Shown here one piece after another: positions 53,651 through 64,000 of a stretch of DNA of 64,000 nt. Each line of letters starts with the position of its first letter. The first letter of the stretch is position 1. A program made the translations under genes and the position numbers. Under the pieces are notes generated by a model. The model searched no databases, was not told the DNA's origin, and saw only the letters and a list, made by a program, of their open reading frames with translations. Origin of the DNA: an uncultured delta proteobacterium (GTDB lineage: Bacteria; Myxococcota_A; Polyangia; Polyangiales; Polyangiaceae); NCBI GenBank assembly GCA_963782055.1, contig CAWAIF010000003.1, forward strand, positions 1,440,001 through 1,504,000, written 5' to 3'.

Positions 53651-54463
53651 CTAGGGGCTCGTCGTTGACCCCCCGTCGCTCATCCCCCGATGCGGCAAGA
53701 CGATCGAGGCTGGTCGCGCAAGTGGGTAACCAGAAAACGGGCCGATAGATAGCCTCATGTAGTGATCCTCTACGCACTTCTTCTCCGTAATGGAGACTTG
53801 CGCAGGGGCATAGGTTGGAATCCGCTGAACGCTGACGATGTCAACGAACCGAACCCGCCCGGTCGGAAGAAAGTAGAGCATCAGGCCCCACGCAGCAGGG
53901 GGCTCGCCCGTTCGGGCGCATTCGTCCGGGGTAGGAAGCCGCTGAGCCGCGTCGGGTGCCACCAGCGGAATAGGTACGCAATCACGCAGCTCATCATCTG
54001 TCGGCGCCGTTGTCAGGACGTGCACGCCGACCAGACGCGGTTCCTGTCCGAGTTTCCCATCCACAGGGTAGACAGGGTAGACAACCGTACCTTCCGCAAT
54101 GACGCGACCAGAGCAGGACGCCTCCTCCCCGTCGGCGAATTGCACGGGTAGCTCGCCAATGTAACTGCCACTGGCCGTGTGCGACAACTCCCCCTCCACT
54201 GCAATGTGGTCTTTGACGCCAGGTTCCAGTCCGATTTGTCTGGATACGTGGAAGCAGTTGGAATGAGCACGACGGAAAACTTGGTGACGACAGGGGCCGG
54301 ACGACTTGACACCAATCGACGGTTGCGGTACCGACTTCTCCCCGCTCCCAGTGTCTTGACCCGCGTCGAGGCCAAGCGACGACGAATGGTCCGTGCTCTC
54401 GCAAGAATTCGCCCAGCAGAGCAAGCCGGCTGCCAGCGCGATTTGCATGGCACAACGGGACAT
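53651..54463 (-). CDS. Putative cognate immunity protein of the teneurin-like toxin (possible lipoprotein)
   Basis: Directly after the toxin stop; lower GC; N-terminus MSRCAMQIALAAGLLCWANSC; alternative starts at 54484 and 54448; the TAG stop lies within the IS5 target CTAG. Confidence 0.6.
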   Translation of the reverse strand: MSRCAMQIALAAGLLCWANSCESTDHSSSLGLDAGQDTGSGEKSVPQPSIGVKSSGPCRHQVFRRAHSNCFHVSRQIGLEPGVKDHIAVEGELSHTASGSYIGELPVQFADGEEASCSGRVIAEGTVVYPVYPVDGKLGQEPRLVGVHVLTTAPTDDELRDCVPIPLVAPDAAQRLPTPDECARTGEPPAAWGLMLYFLPTGRVRFVDIVSVQRIPTYAPAQVSITEKKCVEDHYMRLSIGPFSGYPLARPASIVLPHRGMSDGGSTTSP

Positions 54464-57400
54464 GTGTGGCGTAATCGCAATCATCCATCTACCACGGCAG
54501 TGTCCCCGGGGTGCCGTGCGGGGCATCGGTGCTATACGGACGGAGAAATCGATAGCCGACGATATATCCGTAGTGCTCTCCGGGAAGGTTCTCCCTGGAC
54601 TCGTCATTATCGCTTGGCCATGCCTTGTACATGCTCGGGTCCCAGTTGTTCGGATGGGTGTGAAGAGACCCAACGGACGACCAGGCGGTGCCCCAAAAAC
54701 CGACGAGCACGTCGGCGTCCGCAATGTTGTAGGCGTCATTCTTGCGTTCGTTAACGTTGTCCGGTGAGCGTCCAGGAACGCCGAAGGTGTCGCAGTCCGC
54801 CGCGGCTTGCCCCTGCGCCTTAGGGTCTCCTCTCCGATAGGCGCCATAAACATAGCCCCAGCCTGCAAGCGTTGGCACCCGATAGAGCCGTGCGCCATTT
54901 TCCACGCCATATGTCTGGCCGAGCCACCACAGGTCTCCTGCAGCTCCCTGGGCTGCCGCATCGGGAGTCAAGTACACCTGCCAAGGCTTCCGGCCGTCCG
55001 GATCGATGCAGTTCACCGGGTCATTCCCGCAGTACGCGTAGAAGTTCAGCCCGCCGCCGAAGCGGATCGGGTCCTTGCTCAGCCAGCGGTGCTCCCAGCC
55101 ACTGTAGTCCCGTGCGCCCATGTGGTAAATCGCCGGGTAGTAATCGACCAGGCCGCCGGCGAAGCCGAAGGGCTGGTAAACGAGCGCCGGGCCGGTCATC
55201 GCGCCGAAGTCGTTGTAGTAGGTGTATGGGCCCTCGATGATGTTGCCGGGTGTTCCGCCGCACGCCGGGCCGCTCAGGCAAATGACTGCGCGCGCCGTGC
55301 CGACGCCGTCGCTGACGATGCGCAGGATGCTACCATCGGCACGGTAGACCAGATCCGGGATGTTCTGCTTCGTCACGTAGGCGAAGTGGGCCGTGACGGC
55401 CCCGCTGCTGTCCAGGGTCGCGATGACTCGGTCGCCCTGGTAGAGGTACCCCGCGCTCTCGGCACCGGGCGGCTGGCTGCCGCTGCTCGTGCGGAAGACG
55501 AGGCGCCCCTGCCCGTCGACGGCGTAGTTGAGCGTCACGTTGCTGGATGGATCGGAGTAGTGACGGAGGTTGCCGAGGGGATCGTAGCCGAAAGTCTGGG
55601 TCTGCCCGCCTCGGTGGCGGTTGACGGCCTCGCCGTTGGAGGAGTAGTCCCAGGTCCAGTACCCGTCATTGATGAGCCGATCCTGCGCGTCGTAGGTCCA
55701 CGCGTTCCCGTTGCCGCCGTTGCCGTCGGCGTCATACGGAGTGTTCACGGGGGGAGTCGAGCAGCCGGAGGTGGTGGAGTAGGCGAGGAAGGTCTTGTAG
55801 GTGGTGTCGTAGTGGTAGGTCGTGACACAGGCGGTGCCGTTGTTGAAGGTCTCGCGCTTCGTCGCCACGCGGCCGCTGGCAGGATCGCGAGTGTAGACCA
55901 GAGCATACCGCGGCTGAGCATCGTAGGTGATGGTGTCGGTGAGCAACGCCCCGTACCGGTCGTAGGTGAAGTCCTCGTGGAGGAGATCCGTGTCCGTACT
56001 CGCGAGCATGCGGTTGTAGCCTTGCGCGCCGCGGTTGAGCGTCATGGTCATGATGCCGCCCACATCCACCGCGCTCAGCGCGCCGTCGCCGTCCCGGTCG
56101 AAGGTGTAGCCGAGGGCACCGTCGATGTCGCGCGTGTGCAGCCTGCCGTAGCCGTCGTACCCGTAGTTGACGCTGCGCGTGGCGCTGGGCGAGGTGAGCC
56201 CGTAGGTCTCCTGCGTCAGCATCGAGCCGTCGTAGCTGTAGGTGAGATTGACCTGGCCGTTGTCGAGGGTATGCAGCTGCCCCGTCGACAGGTACGTGTA
56301 CTGGTTGGTCACGGTGCCGGTGAACGGTGCGAAGTAGCTCGCGGTGGACGGACGTCCGGCGCCGTCATACGCATAGCTCACGGTGCGACCCGGTTCCTGC
56401 ATGCTCGTCATGAGGCCATCCAGGTCGTAAAGGTAGCTGGTCGGACCGGTGGCGCCAACGGACGGCGGCGTGTAGGTGTCGAGCAGGTCCAGAGGGGTCG
56501 CGGAGAACTGGTGCCACTTTCCCGCGGGGGTGTCTGCCCACGTTACATTGCCGTTCGCGTCGTAGTACCGGAACAACGTCCGGCCAGGAATCCTGACTCG
56601 CTGGGCTCGACCCACGCCATCGAACATCGTGAAGTCGTAGGTACCAATGCCCGGCACATCGACGGAGGACACGGCCCCGGTCCACGGATCATACGTGAGC
56701 GTCGTGATGCGCGAGTTGACAGTGTACTTCCAGGGCTGTCCGGTGGGGTAGTAGTCGATCTGTACGGGGTAGAGTTCGGCGCTCGGCCCCGGCACCTTCC
56801 CCGTCACCTGGATGCTGGACGGACGCTCGTGCTGGCTGTCCAGCGTGATTTCCGTGCTGGCGCCGGCGGCGCTGGTCGCGGTGAGCTTCGACTGGCTCGA
56901 GTCGTACTGGGCGGTCGAGGTGAGGGTGTTGTTGTCGATGTCCGAGACCGTGGTGGTGTCCGTCTCGGACGTCACGTTGTCGGTCTGCGGGTCGGTGGTG
57001 ACCATGCTCGCGTTGGTGGTGGTGACCGTCTTGCTGCCGTCGATCACCACGCGCTTCGCCGGGTAGCTCGCGTTCACGCCGAACCGGGGGTCGGGGGCGT
57101 AGGTGCTGGAGATTTGGGTTCCGTCGCGGAGCGAGACGTTTTCCGATCCGTCGGCGTACGTCGTGTGGGTGGACAGCAGGCCCGCCGGATCCGTGATGGT
57201 CCGGGACTCCACCTGATTCGCTCCGTCTCCCCCGGTCGTGCCGCGCGTGGTGTCGACGGAGTAGGTGGTCGATCGGGACTCCGCCGTGGTCAGCGCGACG
57301 TTCCATCCGCTGCCCGTCACCGGCATCGAACGCGCCAGGGTGACCCCGGGCGAGCTCTGCGGGTTCTTGTCGTTGGTCAGTAGGCCGAAGCTGTCGTATG

Positions 57401-60400
57401 TGAAGTGGTGGTGCTGGCCCTTCGCGTCGGTCAGGTCGGTGAGCAGGCCACCCGTGCCATAGCCGAGCTGGATCGTCTCGTTGTTGGCGTTGACGACTCC
57501 CGCGAGGTAGAGCGTGCCGCCGTAGTCTTGGAATTCCAGAGTCGTCGGCTCGTTACTCGCGATCCCGGTCGCTGGCGTGATGGTCTTGCAGTCGTCGAAA
57601 CCGCAGGACAAGCCGGTGTCGGTGATCTGCGTGACGTTGCCGTAGTCATCCGTGATCGAGGACAACACGCCCGAGGTGTACGCGAGGGTCTCGAGCGGCA
57701 CGCCTCGGTAGCGGCTGAGGGTGGCGACGTGCTGCCCGCTGCTGTCGAACTTGTAAATGGCGGAGCCGTCGGGGCTCAACAGGCGGTAGCCCGTGATAGG
57801 GTCCGGTGTGCCGAGGGGCTGCAAGGCCCTGACGATCGTGCCCGTGTTGCCGTCGCCGCCGGGTTCACGGCTGGTGTAGAGCAGCGATCCGTCCTGCCCG
57901 TCGGCCAGTCCCACCAGCTCCGAGCCGCCGCCGTGACCGCCGCCCGTGGCAGGCGCGCCGTCCACGTAGGCGATCGTATTCTGCCCGTTGTTGACGATGC
58001 AGCTGCTACCTACCACCGTTGACATGGTCCCGTCTGGCTCGATCCGGCGCACTGCAGCCTGGTCCTTGTCGGCGATGTACAGCGCTCCGGCCTTCCACAG
58101 GAGCCGCTGGGGCGCGCCGAGGGGCGCTAGCGTTGCCGCGTTCCCGTCGCCCCAGTCATGAGGGCAGGTGTATTCACCGACACCGTAGTCGAATCCGTTG
58201 CCGCCCGCGGCGACGTGCAGCTTCCCATCGGTCGAGACACGAAACACCACCGCGCGACCGAAGGAGCTCAAGGCGTTCTCGGAGAAGTAGACGTCGCCAT
58301 TCGGGGCGACGGCCACGCCTTCGACGTCCTCTAGCGCATAGCTCGTCGCGGGCTTTCCCGCCATCGTGGCGAGGTCCGCCAGGTTGCCATTCCCAGAGCC
58401 GGCGATCGTCTCCAAAACGCCGTCAGTCCGTACGCGCCGGACCTCTGACTCCACCTTCCCGCGGTTATCGACGAACACGACGCTGCCATCGGGGGCGGTG
58501 GTGATCGCGCTCACGGTGTTCAGGGAGGCCGCCGTTGCCAGGCCCCCGGCGGCCTCGAAGTGCCCATCCGTTCGGCAGCCGAGCTGGGAAGGCCGCGCGT
58601 CGCCGGCGAGCACCGTCGTGTGAGCGCTGCTCCAATGGGGTGGATTGTCCGTCGGGGCGTCCACGTGGAGCACGTCGCATGCGCCTCCGACGAGCACCGC
58701 GCCGTCCCGCGACGGAGCCACGGCCTGGCCGTTCACGTACACGCTCCCGAGGTTCGTGCCGTTGCTCGGCACCGGTGGGGCGCCGGCATCGACGCTCGAC
58801 ACGATCGTGTTGCCGGGAAACGCCCTCACCGCGCCGCTGTAGAGTCCGATGTCGGCGGCGAGTATGGTTCCGTTGCTGTCGCTCGTGGCCGTCAGCCCTC
58901 CCAGCTGATCCGAGGTGTCCTCCTGCCGCACCATGTCCGGGAGCTCGGTCGCGGTTCGCTTCTCTCCGTACCCCGTCCAGAGCGTCCCGCTGCTCGGCTC
59001 GTACACGTGCTCCGCGCTCAAGGTCCAGCCCCCGAAGCCGAGCGGCTGCGCGTCCAGCGCGTCCAGGTGCACGTCGTAGTCGCGGCGGAGGAAGATCAGC
59101 CGCTCGTTGCGGTTGCCGTCCACGATCACGTCGCCACCGGTCCCGTAGGAGCCGAAGGTGGGGGTGAGTCCCGACGGGGTCGCCGGGTACGCGTAGGCCA
59201 CGCGGACGTGGGCCACGACCGAGCCCTGGATCGGGCGGCCGTACGCGTCCTCGCGGTTCCACGCCCACGAGATGGACTGGTTCTTCTGCGGCACGCCATT
59301 CTTCGTCACATCCAGGTTCGTGAAGAGGGCACGCTGGCCCGCCACGTCGATCTCCACCTCCGCGTAGTTTGGGGCAGGACTCAGCGTGGTGTCATCGGTG
59401 TACGGGACCGTGATGACGGGGTGGAAGCCCCGCTGCGTCTCGCTCCGGTAGTGCAGGCTGTAGGGAGTGCCGGCGATCGGGATGTCCTCGCCCAACACCT
59501 GGTTCTCGCACTCGATGATGGATCCGTGGTGCTTGCAGCCCTTGTCCTTGGATGTGCTCTTGGAGGGACTCAGGTTGGGCGGAGGCTTCGCGCCCGCCTC
59601 CGGCCCGGCGGACCAGTTGAGGTCCAGGCCGGAGAAGTGCGGCATCGGGACGCGCCAGACCTGCTTCTTGTTGGCGTTGGGGTAGACCGTCGCGAGCTCC
59701 TGGCGCTCTCCATCGGTGATGGGCGGCGACTCCAGGGAGTAATCGCTGATCTCGGTCGTGCAGCCGGTGGTCCCGCGCCCTAGCTGCGCCTTCGGGGGGT
59801 TGCCGCCGTCCAGGCCGATGATGCAGTAGACCCTGCCGTTCATCTCCGGCTGCCAGACGCCACGGGATCGATCGTAGCTGCCCGTGGGTATCACGTTCTT
59901 GTAATGACCGTGGCCGTCCACGTCCGTGTCGTCCATCGAGACGCCGGTGAAGTTGTCCAGGTAGAAGAAGACGTCGTGATTGAAGTGGACGGTCGCGTCG
60001 CCGGCCTCGAGCATCGCCGCCTCGAACGCGTAGGTGTAGGCGCTCTGCGGCGGTAGCTCCCCGGGAAGTGCCAGCCGGCCCTCGGACCCCACGGTGTACT
60101 CCGTGACGTGCATGGTCACGGTGGCCCCGCAGTTTGGACATTCCTGCTGATTCACCGTCGTGCCCGGCGGTATCAAGATCGTCGCGGTCCTCTGCGTATC
60201 CAAGTCGGTGTGCGGGTTGCCCTGGACGACCTGCCAGCCGCCGGCGTTGAGGGCGATCGACGTGGTGTTCTCCGGCTTCGTGAGGGCGATGTCCGGGAGC
60301 ACGCTCCAGTCGAGCCACCGCGTCTCCGCGCGCCGCTGGACCGTGAGGTACGCGGGGCTGTTCACGTGGTCCGACAGCTCCACCACGTACGTGGTCCCGC

Positions 60401-60836
60401 CGTTCACGGCCATGTCGAACCAGCCGTCCGCCCGCGTCTGGGTCGTGCCGTACTCCGGGTGGTTCAGGATGCTCACGGTGATGTCCCCGAGGTTGACGAG
60501 CGGATTATCGCGCTCGACGACGTGCCCGCGGATGATGGAGACGTGGCTCTTCACCATGTTCGCCGTGACGCCGGTCTGGATCTGGCTGACCGCGTCGAGC
60601 ATGCCCTGCCCGATGTCGCTCGGGACCGTGCCGCCGCCCGGGTAAGGAGTGACCCCGTTCACCCCGTTCGGCACCCCGCAGCCCTGCATGGGCGTGTTCA
60701 CGGGGTGCCCGTCGACGCAGGTATCGGTCGTGCAGGAGTTGCCGTCGTTTACCGGCACGTCCCCTCCGGTGATCTGCTGCCCGCTCTCGTTGCAGTAGGT
60801 GACCTGGTAGGCGTTGCCGTTGCACTCCGTCCCGAT

Positions 60837-62352
60837 GTGTCTGCTTAGCGGTGTCGCACACTGTGGGTCCATTCTTCGTTCCTGATGCGAGAAGTTCTTT
60901 CCATGGGACCTGATCGGGAGCATCCCGGATCACGTGACGCCCGAGCAGCGGATCCAGGAGCTGGAGCAGGAGAACGCCGCGCTTCGCGAGGAGCTGGCGA
61001 AGCTGCGCAAGGAGATCGAGGAGTGGAAGCGGGGGTTCCGCGAGCGCGGGAAGCGGCGGACGTCGCGTTCCGAGGGTCGGCGGGCGGCCTCGGGCAAGCC
61101 ACGCGGCCGCAAGGCGGGCCATGTCGGATCGCGGCCCGCCGCACCGGCCCACGTCGACGACGAAGTCGTGCACGAGATGCCGGCGACGTGCAGCTGTGGC
61201 GGGGCAGTCGTGGCGACGGGCGAGACGGACAGCACAGTCGTCACCGACATCCCAGTGGTGCAGCCGCGGCAGACGCATCACGTGGCGCACGTCGGCAGCT
61301 GCGAGGTGTGCCACAAGCGCGTGGTCGCGAAGCTGCCGGGCGCGCCGGCCGCGGGCAAGAGCGTCGCCGCGGTGTCGTTCGGCCCCAACGTGCAGGCGAT
61401 GGCGCTGGACCTGCGCTTCGAGCGCGACATGCCGCTGGGCAAGATCAGTGCGTTCCTCGGACAGTGGCTCGGCATCTCGATCACGACCGGCGGCCTGGCG
61501 CAGATGTTCGACCGATTGCGACGCCGCTCGGCGCCGAGCTACGACGAGCTGGTCGACGCGGTGCGCGCATCGCCCGTGGCGGGCCTCGACGAGAGCGGCC
61601 ATCGACAGGACGGCGTGCCGGGTTGGATGTGGCTGATGCGCACCGACCGCGTCTCGGTCTTCCGCGCCGAGCTGTCGCGCGGCGCGTGGGTCGCCGAGTC
61701 GATGCTCGGCGCGAGCTTCAAAGGCGTCCTGTGCACCGACTTCTACGGCGTGTACACGAGTCACGACGGCTGGACCCACGCCTACTGCGGTGCGCACACC
61801 ATCCGCGAGGCGAAGAAGATCGCCGAGCTCACCCCGTGCGCCGCGACCGAGGAGTTCCGCGACCGACTCATCGGCTTCTACGTCGCGGGCAAGCACGCCG
61901 CGGCGAGCGGCGATCCCGAGCAGCGCCGAGGCGCGCGCATCCGCCTCGGCCATCTCATCAGCAGCACCAACTTCGTGGAGTTCCCGGACATCGTCCGGCT
62001 GCAGGAGCGCCTCGACGAGCACAAGGTGGGGGTGACGCTCTTCATCGACCGCCCCGACGTCCCGGCCACGAACAACGCGACCGAACGCGACATCCGCGCC
62101 CACGGGCGGCACCGCGCGATGACCGGCGGCACGCGCTCGGCCGCCGGCAGCGCCACCCTGGCGCACTGGATGAGCATCACGCAGACGCGGCGCAAGTGCC
62201 GGCTCCCGCTTCGGGGCTTCGTCATCGGGCTGTACGAAAGTCACCTCCACGGCAAGCCGCCTCCGTCTGTCTTTGCCCACTAGCCGGCGAGTCCTCCGAC
62301 GGTCGACGTCACGCCCGGGCCGCGGGCCGTCTTCCGGCCGCTAAGCAGAGAC
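60837..62352 (+). mobile_element. Single-ORF IS66-family element (ISBst12-like group), 1516 bp
   Basis: IRs GTGTCTGCTTAGCGG (60837-60851) and CCGCTAAGCAGAGAC (62338-62352), 14/15 match; 8-bp duplication GTCCCGAT at 60829-60836 and 62353-62360; no tnpA/tnpB. Confidence 0.93.
60934..62283 (+). CDS. tnpC: IS66-family DDE transposase
   Basis: N-terminal coiled coil, GRKAGH, zinc finger CSCG/CEVC, GLDESG, LCTDFYGVY, CGAHTIRE, PATNNATERDIR. Confidence 0.93.
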   Translation: MTPEQRIQELEQENAALREELAKLRKEIEEWKRGFRERGKRRTSRSEGRRAASGKPRGRKAGHVGSRPAAPAHVDDEVVHEMPATCSCGGAVVATGETDSTVVTDIPVVQPRQTHHVAHVGSCEVCHKRVVAKLPGAPAAGKSVAAVSFGPNVQAMALDLRFERDMPLGKISAFLGQWLGISITTGGLAQMFDRLRRRSAPSYDELVDAVRASPVAGLDESGHRQDGVPGWMWLMRTDRVSVFRAELSRGAWVAESMLGASFKGVLCTDFYGVYTSHDGWTHAYCGAHTIREAKKIAELTPCAATEEFRDRLIGFYVAGKHAAASGDPEQRRGARIRLGHLISSTNFVEFPDIVRLQERLDEHKVGVTLFIDRPDVPATNNATERDIRAHGRHRAMTGGTRSAAGSATLAHWMSITQTRRKCRLPLRGFVIGLYESHLHGKPPPSVFAH

Positions 62353-63033
62353 GTCCCGATGACGGTGCCTGCCGGGACCAGCTCCGAGTTGTCGATCACC
62401 CCGTTGACGCACTTGTCCACGGTGCAGGGGTCGCCATCGTCGGCGTTGAAGTCCACGTCGGCCTCCACCTGAGCGGACTCCACTCCGGGCTGCGTAACGC
62501 CCGCTGAGAGCTCGAGGTACGACGTCGTCGTCGGACTTCCCGCGGAAAGCGCGTTCGTGCAGATCGTGAGGGGTAGCGGGTTGGTCTCCAGCCCCGTCTC
62601 CTGCGTGCGCCCGTATGTGCAGTAACCCCCTTCGACCGTGAACGTGGCCCAGATCGAGTCGCCAGCCTGGACGTTGGCGCTGACGACGTTCACGGTTGCG
62701 GGCACCAGGACATGCCGCTCGCTGCCCAGCGATAGGTAGTAGCTGCCGTTGCCGGACCATGCCAGAATCCCCTGATTCCCGCAGGCGGCGGCGAGCGGGC
62801 TCTGCGTGCTGGCCGTCTGCTCGTCGGGGGAACCGCCGCACGAGAGGCCGATCATCACCGCGAGGATCAGCATCGCCGTCGAACGCCCGGAGATGCGCAG
62901 CTTCGTGAGTGCCATGACTCCCTCCTCCCCGGCGACTGTGCGCGTCCGCGGGGGCCGGCGTCAACCCAGTTAGATCCTGCGACACTACGTTGTTGCACAT
63001 GGATGTGTCTGAATGGGCTCGGCGCTCGGGTGA

Positions 63034-63054
63034 CGATATTGGTCAATAATATCG
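63034..63054. promoter_or_regulatory. AT-rich inverted repeat upstream of the toxin gene
   Basis: CGATATT-N7-AATATCG in an unusually AT-rich intergenic stretch. Confidence 0.35.
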
Positions 63055-63093
63055 GGAGATGAGATACGAGTGCTCGGCAATCTGTCACAACCA

Positions 63094-63113
63094 TCTACTC
63101 CCTAGGGAGTAGA
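63094..63113. promoter_or_regulatory. Perfect 20-bp palindrome, candidate operator
   Basis: TCTACTCCCTAGGGAGTAGA in the divergent intergenic region; the TACTCCC-TA-GGGAGTA 7-2-7 layout resembles NarL/FixJ-type sites (inference). Confidence 0.55.
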
Positions 63114-63200
63114 GGCATCCGTTCAGGTGGACGCCGTGCCACGGCCGGTCGCGGTGGATAGATGGGCGCGACGCGTGGTACCGCGTGGTACTCTCGGGCC

Positions 63201-64000
63201 ATGAGGCGGCAGGTCCGGAGACGAGGCGCGATCGTCGTCGCGGCGACGGCCCTCTCCCTCTGCCACGCCTGCGGGGGCACGACCGCGACCGCGCCCCCGC
63301 ACGTCGTGCTCGGTGCGTCCGGGCTCGACTTCGGCCTCGTCGACTGCGGCGGCGCCGCGTCGACCGAGCCGCTGACCATCGCGAACACGGGCGGCTCCCC
63401 GCTGACGTGGGAGGCGAGCGTGGGCAAGACGGGCGCCTTCTCCCTGGATGGCGCCCCCGCGGGCACGCTCGCGCCGGGAGAGACGACGAGCCTCTCGGTG
63501 AAGGCGAAGGTCCCAGACGGGGCGCCCGCGGCCGAGGCGCTCGACACCACGCTCTGGGTGACCACCAACGATCCGGCGAACGGGACGAGCAGCATCCCGC
63601 TCCACCTGATTTCCCGCGGCGCCATGCTCACCGTGAAGCCCGCCACCGCCGACTTCGGCCAGATCCCGCTCGGCCTGACGGCGCCGGACATCGCGGTGAC
63701 CGTCACCAACTCGGGCAACGACGCTGTCGCGCTGGCCTTCGGCGCGCCGCAGGATCCGCAGTTCACCGCGGGGTGGGACGGCGCCCCCGCCGCGGCGAGC
63801 CTGCCGCCCGGTGGCGAGCTCACCGCGACGCTCGGCTTCACACCGACCACCGACAAGGCGGTGGCGGACGCGTCCGCCCTCCTCGTGACCGGCGCGGTGT
63901 GCGCCGCGCCGCAGACGGTCGCGATCAAGGGCGAGGGCACGAAGGGGATCGCGGGCGTGAGCCCGGGCCTGCTCGACTTCGGCGTGGTCGGGTGCGCGAC
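63201..64000 (+). CDS. Lipoprotein with tandem ASH / choice-of-anchor-D-like Ig domains (runs off the window)
   Basis: ATG at 63201, hydrophobic stretch then Cys (CHAC-GG), repeats LDFGLVDCG..LTIANTGGSPLTW, ADFGQIPLG..VTVTNSGN, LDFGVVGC. Missing from the ORF track because there is no stop in the window. Confidence 0.8.
   Translation, partial: MRRQVRRRGAIVVAATALSLCHACGGTTATAPPHVVLGASGLDFGLVDCGGAASTEPLTIANTGGSPLTWEASVGKTGAFSLDGAPAGTLAPGETTSLSVKAKVPDGAPAAEALDTTLWVTTNDPANGTSSIPLHLISRGAMLTVKPATADFGQIPLGLTAPDIAVTVTNSGNDAVALAFGAPQDPQFTAGWDGAPAAASLPPGGELTATLGFTPTTDKAVADASALLVTGAVCAAPQTVAIKGEGTKGIAGVSPGLLDFGVVGCA

Larger units (their letters stand above)
54489..62915 (-). pseudogene. Teneurin-like YD/RHS polymorphic toxin lipoprotein (2300 aa reconstructed) interrupted by an IS66-family element
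   Basis: Strong RBS, GLSC lipobox, DDGDPCTVDKC and NDGNSCTTDTC repeats, TRADGWFDMAVNGG, ENQVLGEDIPIAGTPYSLHYRS, GFGGWTLSAEHVY, NHL-like repeats, YD repeats, core PFGFAGG..ARDY..RWLSKDPI..NFYAYCGNDPVNCIDPDG, tip with HTHP..S..D. Joining 62915-62353 to 60828-54489 gives 6903 nt in frame (PAGTV-IGT-ECNG). Confidence 0.92.

Noticed and set aside
54489..60923. The 2144-aa ORF as the native full-length gene
   Set aside because: Its first 29 or so codons come from the IS66 left end; the native start is at 62915.
63095..63940. 281-aa minus-strand ORF
   Set aside because: Shadow of the plus-strand Ig-repeat lipoprotein starting at 63201.

Overview
A 64 kb, very GC-rich bacterial chromosomal window whose gene content suggests Myxococcota, probably Polyangia-like (MYXO-CTERM protein, Ser/Thr kinase-AAA-TPR protein, Cys-rich lipoproteins, DAG-rich tails); the taxonomy is an inference. 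Most of 7-51 kb is ordinary myxobacterial signalling, metabolism and secreted-protein content. Highlights: (1) a ClpA/B-type AAA+ ATPase (4199-6880, minus) fused to a release-factor-2-like module that lacks the GGQ domain and the SPF motif; (2) just downstream, a DUF559 nuclease whose start codon lies in a long fold-back hairpin; (3) a lower-GC polymorphic-toxin island (about 51.2-62.9 kb) built on a teneurin-like YD/RHS lipoprotein with a JAB/DUF4329-like tip, split by a single-ORF IS66-family element (8-bp target duplication; removal restores a 2300-aa ORF), followed by a putative immunity gene, an IS5 element, an orphan Ntox37-like toxin/immunity pair and a decayed immunity paralog; (4) an IS66 left-end remnant at the window start, several frameshifted genes, a head-to-head junction of two headless gene tails, and a G-rich/C-rich repeat block. 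I recognised no rRNA, tRNA or CRISPR array. All family assignments are from motif recognition by eye, not database searches.
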